A stretch of DNA of 64,000 nucleotides from the NCBI RefSeq assembly GCF_026210795.1, contig NC_089431.1, positions 434,001-498,000 of the forward strand, in the 5' to 3' direction. Below, piece by piece: positions 25,620-38,797 of this stretch. Source of the DNA: Rhizophagus irregularis. Its lineage: Eukaryota. Under the pieces are notes generated by a model. The model was not told the DNA's origin. It searched no databases and worked only from the letters and a program-made list of their open reading frames with translations. A program made the position numbers and the translations under genes. The number at the start of each line of letters is the position of its first letter. The first letter of the stretch is position 1.

Positions 25620-27470
25620 TGACACCCTTCGATATTCCTAAGTCAAAAAACGGTACCTCATTGGTATTTAACAAAAAGAAAAAAAGTGAAACGTTAATAA
25701 AACATTTTGCCAAAAAAAAAAAATTATTTAAAAAAAAACTCTCATGCTAAAAGAATTAAATTCAAAAAAAATATAGTTCCGATTTCCTTCCCATGTGTCC
25801 AGATCCATCTAAAAAAAAAAGATAGAATTTGAAACGTCAACATACATTTCATTATAATAAATAAACTAAGACAGAAAAAAAAACTTACCATAACGAAATC
25901 TTACACATCCAAAAAAACTCAAAGAAATATCTATAAAAAAAGAACTATTAATAGCTGCTCGTTAATATTAAAGGAAAATTTTAAAAACTTATGTGTCACG
26001 TCCAGGAGACCAAAAAGCCGCCTGAAAAAGAAAAAGAAATAAGTAACCATTTTTAAAAGACGGAATAAAGATATTAAACAAAAATAATACTCTCACCAAA
26101 GTCCCGCGTCCAAAGAACTGAAGAACCGCCTAAAAGAAGAAAAATTGAAGCGTTAGGAAACGTTTCGTTAAATAAACATTTCGTCAAAAAAATAATTCAA
26201 AAAAATCTCTTACCTACCGAATTGTTATGCGTCCAAAGTCTCAGTCATCTAAAAAAAGAAAAAATTGAAACATTAGTATACGTTTCATTAAAATCTATAG
26301 CAGCATAGACACTTCTGATTTCTCACTGAATCCCACGTGTCCGAAGGGTGAAATGAAGTCAAAATCTAGAAAAAGAAAGATTGGTATCAAAGACGTCATA
26401 AAAAATAAATATACAATAAAAGACAAAAACCTTCCTTCCGCCAAAATCTCAAAAAAAAGAAGCACTGAAACCTACAAAGAAAGGACAACTGTTAGTAATT
26501 AAGACAACAAGATAAAATGTGAATAAAATAGAACACCCACCCAGAAATTGACAAAACCTAAAAAAAAACACGAAAGAGCCGCCAAAACCTAAAAGAAAAA
26601 AGAAATCGAAACCTACACCTACAAAAAAAGAAAGGAGAAAGTTAATAACGAAGACAAAAAGACCAGAAGAAATGACACCCACTTCCATTTTCAGGGAGAA
26701 TCGGCAAATCCTAAAAGGAGAGAAAACTGAGAAAACCGAACTGTTAATAAAGTTCGTTAAAATAAAATAATCAAAGAAAAAAAACTAAGAATTACCATGC
26801 CAAAATCCCATTTCTCAAAGTGACTTTAGAGAAACGCCTAAGTAAATGAATTGTTAGAAAATGTTCGTTAAAAACAAAAACAATTAAGTTAAATAGCTTA
26901 CCAAAATTTCGCGTCCAAAAAGACCGAAAGAACCACCTAAGAAAAAAACTGAAACATTAGAAAACGTTTCGTTAAATAGATAATTAGGAAAAAAAAAATT
27001 TTTCTTACTCGTCAAAGTAGCCGAAGAACCAAGTCATCTGAAAAAAGTTAAGAAAACGAACAATTAGACCGTAAGAAGCATCTAAAAAAAAAGAAAAAAT
27101 TTGAAATAATGTTAGAAAATGTTTCATTAAAATAGATTATTAAGAAAAAATTTTTCCACCATATTCCCACACGTCAAAATACTCGAAGTCTAAAAAAAAG
27201 TAAGAAAAATAACTATTAGAAATCGTTCGTTAAAATGAAAAATTTTAAAAAAAGACAAACTTACCGGAAATTTGCACCTAAGAAGAGAAACGCTTAAGAT
27301 TTCTTCAACAAAAGTGCGAGAGAAGCGGGAAAAGAGAAAGGAAAGAGAAGGAAAATGAAAAAGTAAAGGGAAAAAGGAAGGAAAGGAAAAGTAAAAAACA
27401 AGGGAGAGACGAAGGAAGGGTACAAAGGGCAAACGAAGGAAAGGGAAGAATGAAAAAAAATGTAAAAAAA
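25620..27470 (-). other. Array of micro-exons and homologous structured introns, apparently non-coding
   Basis: About 15 TTTAG|~12-45 nt|GT units; exons share TTGGACGCG-like motifs; introns share TTAACGAAACGTTTTCTAA(T/C)GTTTC. Confidence 0.6.
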
Positions 27471-28162
27471 AAAAAATTTGAAGAAGTTAGTTGATCGAAC
27501 TGCGGATTATATCACTGACATACAGACACATAATTTTATATAAATAGGGAGTTTCTCCGAAATTCAAAGAAAAACGATACAAAATGCGAGTTCGTCTAAC
27601 CCCAAAGCACTGGGAAAGGAGTCGCCCTGCCCATTATTCACAAGAATCCTAGCATAGCCGGATTAACCACCAGAAAGAGACAATGAATAAAAAAGCGAAC
27701 AAGAAATCTAAAAATTAATTCAAACTAATTTAAACGCCCGTATTTTTCTTTTGTTGACTGATGCCACACGTAAATACTGTCAGATGTGGAATGATGGCGT
27801 ATATATAGGTCTATTGTTGTTTTTGAAGATGGAGGTGATTTAGTCATGTCCTACACGGCTATGACAGTTGCTATGGATTTGGCAGCAGATATGTATGATC
27901 AGTCACTCATTATGGTATTGGATTCATTGTCCAAGGTGGTGTTCTCCGAAAAAACATATTTGTATTGTTGATAATTTCTTTATCCTTGGTTGAAATTACG
28001 TATTGCATGTCAGCGTTGAGTTGTTTGGCTACATCTTTCACAATGAAGGTGTGTCTAGCGTTGTAGAATTCAGAATTGATAGCGCAGGTGTAACCGTATA
28101 TTGAAGAATGGAACTGACGTCGAAACGTCGTTTAACCTTATAGTCGAAAAGATTAATATTAT

Positions 28163-28638
28163 GGGTCTGGTTCATTTCACCGACAATCATTTCACCGAAA
28201 TAAAAAATAAATATTGAATATGAGTTATTTCATCATAGATGGGTTAGTAGATAGAATAACATATAGTTATATCTATTATATTTTTTTTTTATTTTTTTTT
28301 TATATAAATTATTATAAATTTCATTAAAATAATAAAGAAATAACAAACATATATATATTAACCTTTTTAGTTTTTGATCATCACAACATTAATACATTTA
28401 TTAAAAAAAAATATAGTGAAAAGTACGTGCTATTCCCCTAAGGAAATCTATAGTAGTTTTTTTGTATTTTATTAAATCTAACAAAGAAATACGTGTTACT
28501 AACAATAAAAATTCCCTATTTCATATAAAAATATATGTAAAAATATTTATAAAATTTTTATATTTAATTTTATATATATTTGTCGGTGAAACGGTTGTCG
28601 TGAAATGATTGTCGGTGTCGGTGAGTTAATCGCGACCC
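28163..28638. mobile_element. MITE with GGGTC...GACCC ends and subterminal (TT)TCACCGAC repeats
   Basis: Left gggtctggttcatttcaccgacaatcatttcaccga; right (revcomp) gggtcgcgattaactcaccgacaccgacaatcatttcacgac; no clear TSD. Confidence 0.7.
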
Positions 28639-28955
28639 TTTGATTTGAATAAAGTGAGTAGCCTTTCTTTTTTCACTCTTTTTCCTTTAACTTTTACTAA
28701 TTCTTTTTTAAGTGCTTTGTCTTAGGAAATTAGTTGAAAATAAATTAACCTTTATTTCTTTAATTTTATTTTTGATCATATAGATGTAACCAATGCAATA
28801 AATACATTTTTAAGATATACATTGTAATTGTTGTATTAAGGTTAATAAAAAGGTTTTTATTTATTATTTTTATAAATGTAAAAACGTATAAAAACATTAA
28901 TATTTTAAACACAGATATTGTAAATGTAAAAACATTATATTGATACATGTTGTAA

Positions 28956-30730
28956 TCTATATCTATATTCTATATAATTAAAAAAAAAGTGTTTGTGTGA
29001 CTAACGTTTAGATGAATTGCTGATCCATGTTCTAGACTCTCTTGATCGGCAAGTCATGTTGTACATCTAAGGTTAATGAAATTTTAATCGGAATTTTTTA
29101 AATACTTTTTTTTTTTGGTTTTTTCGATCTAAATTTTTTTTTCCTTTTCCTTTTTCGGTTTGGTTTTTTTCTTTCAAACCGAATTTTTTTTCCCAAAATA
29201 CATTCTTTCACTATTTAGGTTTGGATCGATGATCAGATGAATGTTGCGGCGCTGATTCTTATTAATAATAGGTAATATCATTTTTGTATCAAACTTAATA
29301 ATAGACTAACCTATATAATTAAAAAAAATTTGTCTGGAGTTTGGATTAGTCTCTGCATAAATAATTTTTTTTTTTTTTTTGGTAAACGTATATATTATTT
29401 TATTTAGTAATAGTAACGCATCTGCATAAATAATTTGAATTGTGTAACTTGAAATCCCCATGCCAATATAATTAAAACCCGTGACGGCGTGACATGCCTC
29501 CGCCTGATAAAAAACTATTAATTTTAGTTAATAAAATTTTACCTTGATTATTATCCGATTTTTTTTTTCAAATATTTTTTTTTTTGGTTCCTTTTTTTTA
29601 AAATTTTTTCAAAAAAATTTTTTCTCCCTTTTCTTTCAGTTTAGTTTTTTTAACCTGAAAAATTTGTTTTTTCTTCATTCTTTTCCCGTTTAGGTTTAAT
29701 TTTTTTTCCCAAACTGAAAAAATTATATTTTTTTTTATTAAATAATCCCCATTGTTTTGGTCTTTTTAACTATTTTTTTTCGATCTTTTTTTTAGACCGT
29801 ATTGTTATTTTTTTTAAAAAAAATTTTTTTTTTCGCTCTTTTGGATCGGATTATTGTCCTTTTTTTTTCAGAATTTTTTTCGTACTTATTTCTTTTTCGG
29901 ATTCCTTTTTTTTTCAGAAATTTCCCTTTTTTAAACTGATTTCTTTCTTCATCCTTTTTCTCCCCCTCAAATTTTTTTTAATTTTTTTTTTTAATATTAA
30001 ATAAAAATATTATTTTTTTTAAAAAAAATCAATTTAATATATCAGATATAGGAAAATTGACCGACGTTGATAGAAAGATGAGTAAGATTTTTTCAATTAA
30101 ATTGAACGCTGGATAAATAGTTTGATTTTCAAATTCATAAAATCAATCAATTAATTATAAAATATGTAAAAATATCAATTTTTTTTTTGAAGAAATTGTT
30201 GATTTAATAATAGATTATTATAACCAAATCCATATCCGTAATTCTCTAAATAACTACCAGATTTTTGAGTAAAGATTTTTATTCTGGTTTAGTTAAATTA
30301 AGTTACCAAAAGAATAATAATATATGAAATGAATAGATTCTAATACATTTAATTATTCAAATAGTTTTTTTAAGTTGGTTATAAGTTTAAGATTGATGTA
30401 ATATAAAATAAGTAAATAATTATAAAGTTTATTATTAATCAAAAAAAATGAGGGTGAATGAAAAAATAAGGAGAGTAAAAGGGAATAAAAGAAACGAAAT
30501 GGAGCAAAGGGGGAGTGAAAGAAACAAAAGGAACAAAAAAGATCAAGTGGGAATGAAAAAAATGAAAAGAACGGAGGGGGACAAAATGGAGCAAAGGAAA
30601 TAAAAAAAATGAAAGGAACAAAGAGTAGTGTAAAGAGAAGTGGGAATGGAAAAAAAATGAAAATGATAAAGGATAGTGTAAAGGAACGAAAAAGATGAAG
30701 TGGGAATGGAATAAAAATGAAAGGAACCCT
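28956..30730 (+). mobile_element. Degenerate Helitron relic related to the 6236-7711 element (two 5'-end copies; 3' end not found)
   Basis: TCTATAT start at 28956 (taacgtttagat shared) and a second 5'-like copy at 29311 (gattagtctctgcataaataa...ttgaattgtgta) matching the minus strand of 7711-7630; purine-rich degenerate repeats at 30440-30730. Right boundary approximate. Confidence 0.5.
29365..29420 (-). mobile_element. 56-bp retrotransposed stub (extreme 5'-truncated LINE tail)
   Basis: T16 plus 40 nt, flanked by a 13-bp TSD tctgcataaataa (29352-29364, 29421-29433). Confidence 0.75.
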
Positions 30731-33700
30731 AAAATCTTGTGTTATGTATTGTATGTATCTTCCCCTGATTTTCTATTCCATCCATTATGATCCACTATAA
30801 GATATTACCAATTTTTATTATTATCTATGATATAGTCGTTCTTATGTATTTATGTAATTATGATTATGTTTAATGATTATTATAATTTTACTTCACTTAT
30901 TTGTTTTTTTTTCTAATAAAAACTGAGACACTTACAAAAGAAATAATAAATCAAAAATAGAAAACGATTTCCATTTTAATTTTGAATTTTTTGAGTCAAC
31001 TTTTTTTTATTATGAAAAGAAAAAATAATTCAAGTTTCATCAAACCCAAAATATGCAAATACTTTAAACGGTTTTTAGATACAAATTAACATTTTTAATT
31101 ACACTTCCTTTAGTAATGTTCTCCTACCCCGATTGGATGTCTACGACGATTAATATCCGTAATGAAATATGTTTTGATCCATTAAATTAATCGGACTTAT
31201 TTGTATTCATAATTGTATATAATTTATATGATACATATATTTAATACATACCCACGCGATTGTTTTCTATTTTTCAATAATTATTGTGAATTTAGATAAG
31301 GGATCTGGTGGCCAGGAACGAACACTTTACAACATCATATATATATAGTGTTCTTAATGAGAAATACAGTATAACGATAATTACTAGCTGATTGTAATCA
31401 GAATTCGCCATTATTATTGTAATCATCGTTTTGGTCGGGGCTATATAAATAGTACAACTTATTCAAACTAAATTGAATGACCATTCATTCACCTACATAT
31501 CAAATAATTCGATACCATAATATTTTGGTATGATATGAATCTAATTAATCTAATTCGTGTCCATCCATGTATAAGTTCTTATTAGTACTACCTTTACGCA
31601 AAATGCGTAATATACAGTGCAGAACCTCTAAAATAGGAACTTAAAAACTTAAATAAAATTCGATCCTGTAAATGGATTTTAATTTTGTAAAAAGAAATTG
31701 GTTTTTTTGTCTCGTTTTCACGTGATACAGATTTTAGCCAATCAAATCAAGATTATTAATCACATAATATAAAATTTACAACCCTCCGCTTTCGTTCGAT
31801 ATAAAGTGAATTCGTTATATAATATACCGAACTAGTTTTCCGTTCTGGCCAAATTTGTAGTGCAGGCCAGAATTGTATTTCGTTAATTACTCTGGTCAGC
31901 ACTATAAATTTGGCCAGGATTAGTAGACTATAGTCACATGACTTTTCGTATATTACAATCCGGTTGATCACCCGTCCTTTAGTTTAGAAAGGTGACATCG
32001 CCCCTGTAGCGATTTGGTTTTCAGTTTTAGAATTGTTTTCGATTTTTCTCTAAAAATCTATATAATTTGTACTGTTGCCTCGTTCACTTTGTGAAATAAA
32101 AATAAAAATAAAAAAATCGAACTTGCATGCTACCTGGGCTGTTAAGGTGAGTTCGGTATATAGTAAAAGCATTTTATTATGAATATTCGGTATAACCAGA
32201 GTAATTAATTATAAGAAATTCGTTCTGGGGAACTTTGATTCAGCACAACAAGTTTCAGGTTCGGCCGACTGTATAATATGAGTGATTTCACAGATCTGCA
32301 TACTCACAATACACAATACACAGAGATCTACAATTGGGAGATATGCTGGATATATGGTTTAGAGCTAGTATTAAAACGTACTAATATGTAGGTTCATTGA
32401 AACTTGACCAAAATCGATTGAAAACGGCCATATCTATTAAACTATAATGATAGGATTCTTCACTTGTGTAAATTATATATAATTTACAACATAATGTTTT
32501 AATATAAATTGAACTAGTATAATAGCCGGAATATCACCAACTATTACAGAACCTGAATATAATAGGGTAGTTGTACTGTATGCATTGACAGTAAAGTGGC
32601 TAATTTAGTTTAAATTAAAATATGCGTTCAAGATCTTTCTTAAGAGGAGAATTATGAGTCAATTATCTGCAGAAAAGAAAAAATTTGGTGCGAAACTTTT
32701 ATGCGATTGTATAAACGTATCGACATAATATGTAGATAAAATATGCAACAAATTATTGATAATTCTTAAATCTTTAATATATACAATCGACATTTATGGA
32801 CCTGCGGCAAATCGTCGATTATGTTGTGAGTTGTGAGTTGTGACATCTAATTAAATGATTAACATGATTTTTGAATAAACTACTAAGCCTCTTTAAAAAA
32901 CCTATTGACTATCAAAAATCCGGAAATTTATATTTGACCTCAAAGTCAGTTGCTTTAAAAAACTTAATGTCGCACAGAATACAACGGCTAATTATATATA
33001 ATTGAACATTTACGAATTTGGATTAAATTTTTCTTTCCTTTCGCTAACGTTAAAAATTTATAAAAAATGGGTGAAAATCAATTTTTACCACAAAATTTAC
33101 TTGAAATTTTGAATGATAAAATCTCTTTATTTGCAAAGAATTTTTCAACCAATAAAAAGAAAAATGATGGAACTTTGACACATATTAAATTACCTAATAT
33201 ATCACCTAAAATATTAAAATATTCCAAATAATTTTAAGGTAATAATTTTAAAAACAAATTATATTCATAATATTCTTTTTATTAATAATGTATATTATTT
33301 ATATTTTAGTTATATGTATGGCGGAAGACTTTCTTTGAACGAATATGATACTCCAGAAATGTAATTAAAATCCTAGTTGCCGCCAGCGAACTTAATCTTC
33401 AAGAATTAATCACGTATCTACAATTCTATTTGATTAAAAACAAAACAAATTGGATATGGAACAAAATTTTAATTCGATATATTAAACAAGTCTTGAGAAT
33501 GATTCTTTCTTGGAACTTCAAAAATATTGTACTGATTTAATTTCCAAAGAATCAGATAAAATGTTTAATTCTTTGAATTTTCTTTAATTCCAGAAAAATT
33601 TTTAATTGCAATTATTCAAAATGATAACCGTCAAATGAGTGAAATTCAGATTTGAGAATATCATGTTCTTAAATGGGGATTTGCTCAAAATTCTGACCTT

Positions 33701-33881
33701 CCCTCTGATTTTACAAACTTTTCGAAGGACAACTTCAAAAATTTAAAGAATACCTTAGAAAGATTTATAAATTCTACGAGTTAACTACTAAAGAATTTTT
33801 ACAAAAAGTATTCCCTTATGAAGAACTATTTCCCAAAGATTTATATAGAGATTTATTAAAGGCTTTTTTGAGTCTTTCAGA

Positions 33882-34280
33882 TAGGGATGGCAATGGTCGG
33901 TCATGGTCGGTCATCGGTCGGTCATAACCGGTCAAGAACCTTTGACCGACCGACCGACCGTTTGACCGACCGGTCTGACCGACCGGTTAACCGACCGTTT
34001 GACCGACTGGTTAACCGATCCTGAAAACATTTGCGAAACGTAATTTAATTGAAATACTTAATAAAAAACGTTTTCGCAACGTTTTCTATTAAAATAATTA
34101 AAAAAACGTTTGCGAAACATTTTTTTTATTAAATTACATTTCGCAAACGTTTTCAGGATCGGTTAAACGGTCGGTCAAACGGTCGGTTAACCGGTCGGTC
34201 AGAGGTCTTTGACCGACCGATATCGGTCACGGTCATGACCGGTCATAACCGGTTAATGACCGTGACCGTTGCCATCCCTA
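33882..34280. mobile_element. hAT-family foldback MITE (399 bp)
   Basis: TIR TAGGGATGGCAA...TTGCCATCCCTA; perfect 8-bp TSD CTTTCAGA (33874-33881, 34281-34288); dense GACCG/CGGTC subterminal repeats; nearly palindromic overall. Confidence 0.95.
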
Positions 34281-34760
34281 CTTTCAGATCCTAATAGCAA
34301 GCCAAGTGATAACCGATATAACTAAAGTAACGGAAGAAAGTAAAAGAATAATAGCGGACTCAAATATTGTAACTTATCAACATGTTGAATTAATTTCAAA
34401 ATGGATCAATAGATTAGAAACTACGGACAAGTTAACTACTTCATATGAATTCAAATTATTCTTTCGCGCATCTCGTGATGGATATTCACGAAATAAATAC
34501 TTTGCGATAATCAACCTCGCACTATAACAATCGTTAAAGTGAATGATAGTAACGAAATTCTTGGAGGATATAATCTACTTGAATGGAAGTCTAATGGTAT
34601 TTATGGCAATACTAAAGATAGTTTTATATTTTCTTTTAGCAAAGATAAAATTAGTATATTATATTTTAAGTCGTGTAACGAATGGGAACAATTCTGTAAT
34701 GAATAATTCTTATCTCAGTCCTTCATTTAGTGAAAATGATCTTATTATATGGTGCGACGT

Positions 34761-35404
34761 TGGGGTGGTAGATATACTAATTAAACCAAATATATGTATA
34801 GTCTTATAATCCAGATTTTTTTTACTATACTAGTTTTTAATTACTGAATTTGGAATAGTGTTAGGAAAATTATATAGGGTATCCGGATTTTTGGATACTA
34901 ACATTTAAATTATTTATTGACGGTATTATACATTTTGAAATATAAACTTCATATTATTTAAAAATTTGTGATAGCCATTTGCCCATTAAAAAATTCGAAA
35001 TCTTTAAAATTTGAGTAATCATGTTATATTAACTTTTAAGAAATACTAGAAATACAAACAGATACACAAAAATGAAAATAGAATGCTTTTTTTGAAATTA
35101 CTCAAGAAAAAAAAAATTTTTCCTATAAAGAAGCAGTTAGAAAGCTTACTATATGCTTATTGCAGTTCTTTTTAAGAAAATCAAATATTTCATGAAAGAG
35201 ATGGTGTTTTAGAATGTTTTTGCAGAATTCAGAGCGAAAAATGAGGAGAAGAATCCAAAGTTGTGAAAGTTTAAAAAATATCAAATTTAATTGAAAGTTT
35301 ATTATAAAAAACCAATTTTAAGCTTAATATGTTGATCACGAAAATAATAAACTTTATATGAGACTATACATATATTTGATTTAACTAGTATATCTACCAC
35401 CCCA
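34761..35404. mobile_element. Mutator-like MITE (644 bp)
   Basis: ~46-bp TIR TGGGGTGGTAGATATACTA.TTAAA.CAAATATATGTATAGTCT; 9-bp TSD GTGCGACGT / GTGTGACGT (one CpG transition). Confidence 0.9.
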
Positions 35405-36310
35405 GTGTGACGTATCTGAAAAATTAATGTGTTTTAGCAAAAGTTCTTCTTATGAAAACCAATTAGAGAAACTAAAGATTACTTTGATGTAGAAGAATGC
35501 GAATTATATAGGATATTTTAACAGTGATAGTTTTTTTTTTAAATATTTAATATTGTAATTAATTATATTTTTTTATCCCTCAGTTTCTTTCTCACTTGTG
35601 CACCATAATATGAATTCTCATAAATGAAAGTTTTAGAAAAATTGATATGGCCATCAAAAAGAATGAAGTTTCAGTTCAGGATTTGTATCGCATCGTAGAA
35701 TCTATATTTAAAAACTTAAGGGTGATCGCAACTTGTAATTCAAAATTCATATTTAAGCGATTACCTACAGATACAGTAATAGGTGAAGTTCTAATTGATG
35801 AAGTTTAGATTAATTAGCATAGTTATTTTAACAATTAAAATTGATTATTAAGCTACACTAAGCTTAACATAACACGTTAAATTAACGTTATTAACGTACA
35901 ATTATCCATTCATTTTATTTAAACCTTGGCCAAATTAAGAAGGAAATTATCTACAGAAAAGATGGTAAATTTGATGTGAAACTTTTATCAGTTTATGCCG
36001 ATTGTGTAAACGAATAAGTAGATAAAACATGCAAAATAAATCTTTTTTTTAGTATGATATTATAGATAAACAACCTACAATGGTTGCGATTATGACATGA
36101 CATCGTTTATTTAATAGAATAAAGTAATAATTAATGCTTGCTACGCCACTTTAAACAAATTCGAAATCCGGAAAATCATATTTGCCGATATGACCTCAGA
36201 GTCACGTGCTTTAAATTTGAATGTTGCACAGAATTACAATATAAGGTTTATCCATTTACAAATTTGGGATTAAATTCTTTTCTCGTTAAACTTTAAAGAA
36301 TAATAAAAAA

Positions 36311-37827
36311 ATGGTTGTTAAAAACCTTTTACCAAGGTTATCACAAGATTTCCTTAAAATTTTAAATGATGAAGAATATTATGATATTACTATTGAAGTT
36401 GGTAATGAAGATTGTACAAGAGTCTTTCGTGCGCATAAAGTTATTTTATATTATCGTTCTCCTTATTTGCAAAGAATTTTGTCAACTGATAAAAAGAAAA
36501 ATGATGGAACTTTGGCACATATCAAATTACCAAATATTTTACCAGAAATATTTCAAATAATTTTAAGGTAATAAACTTTTGATGACGGTTAATTAATAAT
36601 ATTTTAATTTTACACATATTTATTTTTTTTATTTATTTCAGTTATTTATATGGCGGGAAACTTTCTTTGGACGAATATGATACTTCAGACGTAATGAAAA
36701 TCTTAGATGCTGCCAGTGAACTTAATCTTCAAGAGTTATTCACGTATTTGCAATCTTTCTTGATCAGAAACAAAACAAATTGGATGGAACAAAATTTTAA
36801 TTTAATATATCAAATGAGCTTTGAAAATGACTCTTTCGCGGAATTTAAAAATTATTGCAATGATTTAATAACCAAAGAGCCAAATAAGATATTTGAAACA
36901 ACAAATTTTTCTTCAATTTCAGAAAATCTTTTGGTCACAATTATTCAAAGTGATAACCTTCAAATGAATGAAATTCAAATTTGGGAACACGTTCTTAATT
37001 GGGGACTTGCTAAAAATCCTGAACTTCCTTCTGATCCTGCAACATATTCAAAACAGAATTTTAAAACTTTAAAGAATACCTTACAACATTGTATTCCATT
37101 GATTGAATTCCACAATTTATCTTCTAGAGAATTTGTTGATAAAGTATTGCCTTATGAAAAAGTATTTCCAAAAGATATATATAGGGATTTAATAAAATCT
37201 TTTTTAAACCTTTTGAATCCTGATAGCAGGCCAAATGGATCAAGTGATAGACCAAGACCGTGTAACATTAGAGAAAGCGAAAAAATTGTTGGTTCAAGAA
37301 TTATAACTCAACAACATGTTGAACTTATTTCAAAATGGATCGATAGATTGGAAATTACGGACCAATTAATTCCTTCATATGAATTTAAATTATTATTTAG
37401 TGGATCCCGTGATGGACTTGACCGAGATAAATTTCATGAAATTTGTGATAATAAACTTCGCACAGTAACAATTGTTAAAGTGAAAGGCAGTAACGAAATT
37501 CTTGGAGGATATAATCCACTTGAATGGAAGTCTAATGGTAATTATGGCATTACTAAAGATAGTTTTATATTTTCTTTTAATAGCAATAGAATTAATAATT
37601 ATATTTTAAGTCGTATAATGAATAAGAATAATGCTATAAAAAATCACTTTTACTACGGTCCATCATTTGGAGAAAATGATCTTGTTATATGGAGTTCATC
37701 TTTTGGAAATTATTGTAAAAGAAGTTCTTATTTAAAACCAATCAGGCAAACTAAAAATAAATTTGATGTAGAAGAATGTGAAGTATTTCAAATTATTCAT
37801 AATGAACCTATAGATTCTAATAACTAA
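36311..37827 (+). CDS. BTB/POZ-BACK-TLDc domain protein (two exons)
   Basis: Exon 1 36311-36567, intron 36568-36641, exon 2 36642-37827. BTB (DITIEVG...FRAHKVIL..RSPY), BACK (EIQIWEHVLNWG), TLDc (LLFSGSRDG...FHEICDN...ILGGYNP...GPSFG...EVFQI). Confidence 0.93.
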
Positions 37828-38489
37828 TATACTCAAATTTTAGAGAACAATTTAGAAATATTTATATATATGTATATTTTTTTATAAGAACACTATATGT
37901 ATTTTTATATTTATTGAATAGATATTTGATATGTATAACCTTACTTCTAAAGATTTCTATCTGATCTATCTGATTTTATAATGTAAATTTGGTTGACTCC
38001 ATGACGTAACTTTTAATAATATTACTGCGTATATTATTATGACGTCAATAAAATTGCAAATAATATTCTTTATTTAAAACGTTCTTATAAAATAATGATT
38101 ATTAAACACAATAAATATTATATTTACCAATTAAAGCTTCCCACCATTATTTTCTTAGAACGAAAAAAAATAAAGTATTCCTGGACAAATCTCAAGTGAT
38201 TAATTCATAATTCGGTGTTTTAATGGTGACTTATCTATGGACTGAAGAAGCTCATATAAAGTTTTTAGAAGAGCATAATGACGAGGGAGATACTGAATAT
38301 TTTACTCGGCTTTCTGATAATGCAATAAAAAAGCGATCAAGATTTTACTATAAGTTTCCTGCATTTCTTTGCGAACTATGTAGTAATAATATTTTTACCA
38401 ATACGTTGGATAGAGAATACGAGATTGCAATTCGCATTTAGAAATAAAGCCTTTCGGAATTTCCTTTTTAGTTTCGGCAGGCAACCTTA

Positions 38490-38797
38490 CTCCCAGCCAA
38501 AAGTTTAGGTCCACTCCTGTGATCTGCAAATGACCTGCAATAAATAAAAATTTGTACCATATAATAATCAATAAAAGTGAACATCATGCATATTGTTCTT
38601 TTATTTTTATTTTTTTTGTAAAAGAGAACTTTCAGATTTTAGAGTTATCAGTTTTTATGAAGCTGGTGACTCAGAATGAACAGTTTCAGAAAAAACTGGT
38701 TATGGTAAAATCACAATTTATAATATTATATCTAAATATAAAAAAACAGGTGCTATTAGTATTGCTTCTCGAAGTAGACGTCCAAAAAAATTAACTA
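38490..38797 (+). mobile_element. Tc1/mariner relic: left TIR and degenerate transposase HTH N-terminus
   Basis: TA|CTCCCAGCCAAAAGTTTAGGTCCAC end; translation FYEAGDSE*TVSEKTGYGKITIYNIISKYKKTGAISIASRSRRPKKLT (Tc1 HTH with GRP-like motif). Confidence 0.7.

Larger units (their letters stand above)
33067..35520 (+). pseudogene. BTB-BACK-TLDc pseudogene; tandem paralog of 36311-37827, interrupted by two MITEs
   Basis: Collinear with the intact copy (KKKNDGTL.HIKLPNI, YGG.LSL.EYD, QHVELISKWI.RLE, NEILGGYN.LEWKSNG); deletions, frameshifts, TGG>TGA near 33654; same intron position. Confidence 0.9.

Noticed and set aside
25620..27470. CRISPR array or protein-coding micro-exon gene interpretation of this array and the 50-kb array
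   Set aside because: Eukaryotic context, degenerate repeats coinciding with splice signals, no cas genes; exon phases are inconsistent with a single ORF.
27760..28140. GC-richer segment that may be a coding relic on the minus strand
   Set aside because: Multiple stops and no recognisable motif.
38223..38441. 72-aa ORF
   Set aside because: Short, no recognisable domain, adjacent to TE debris.
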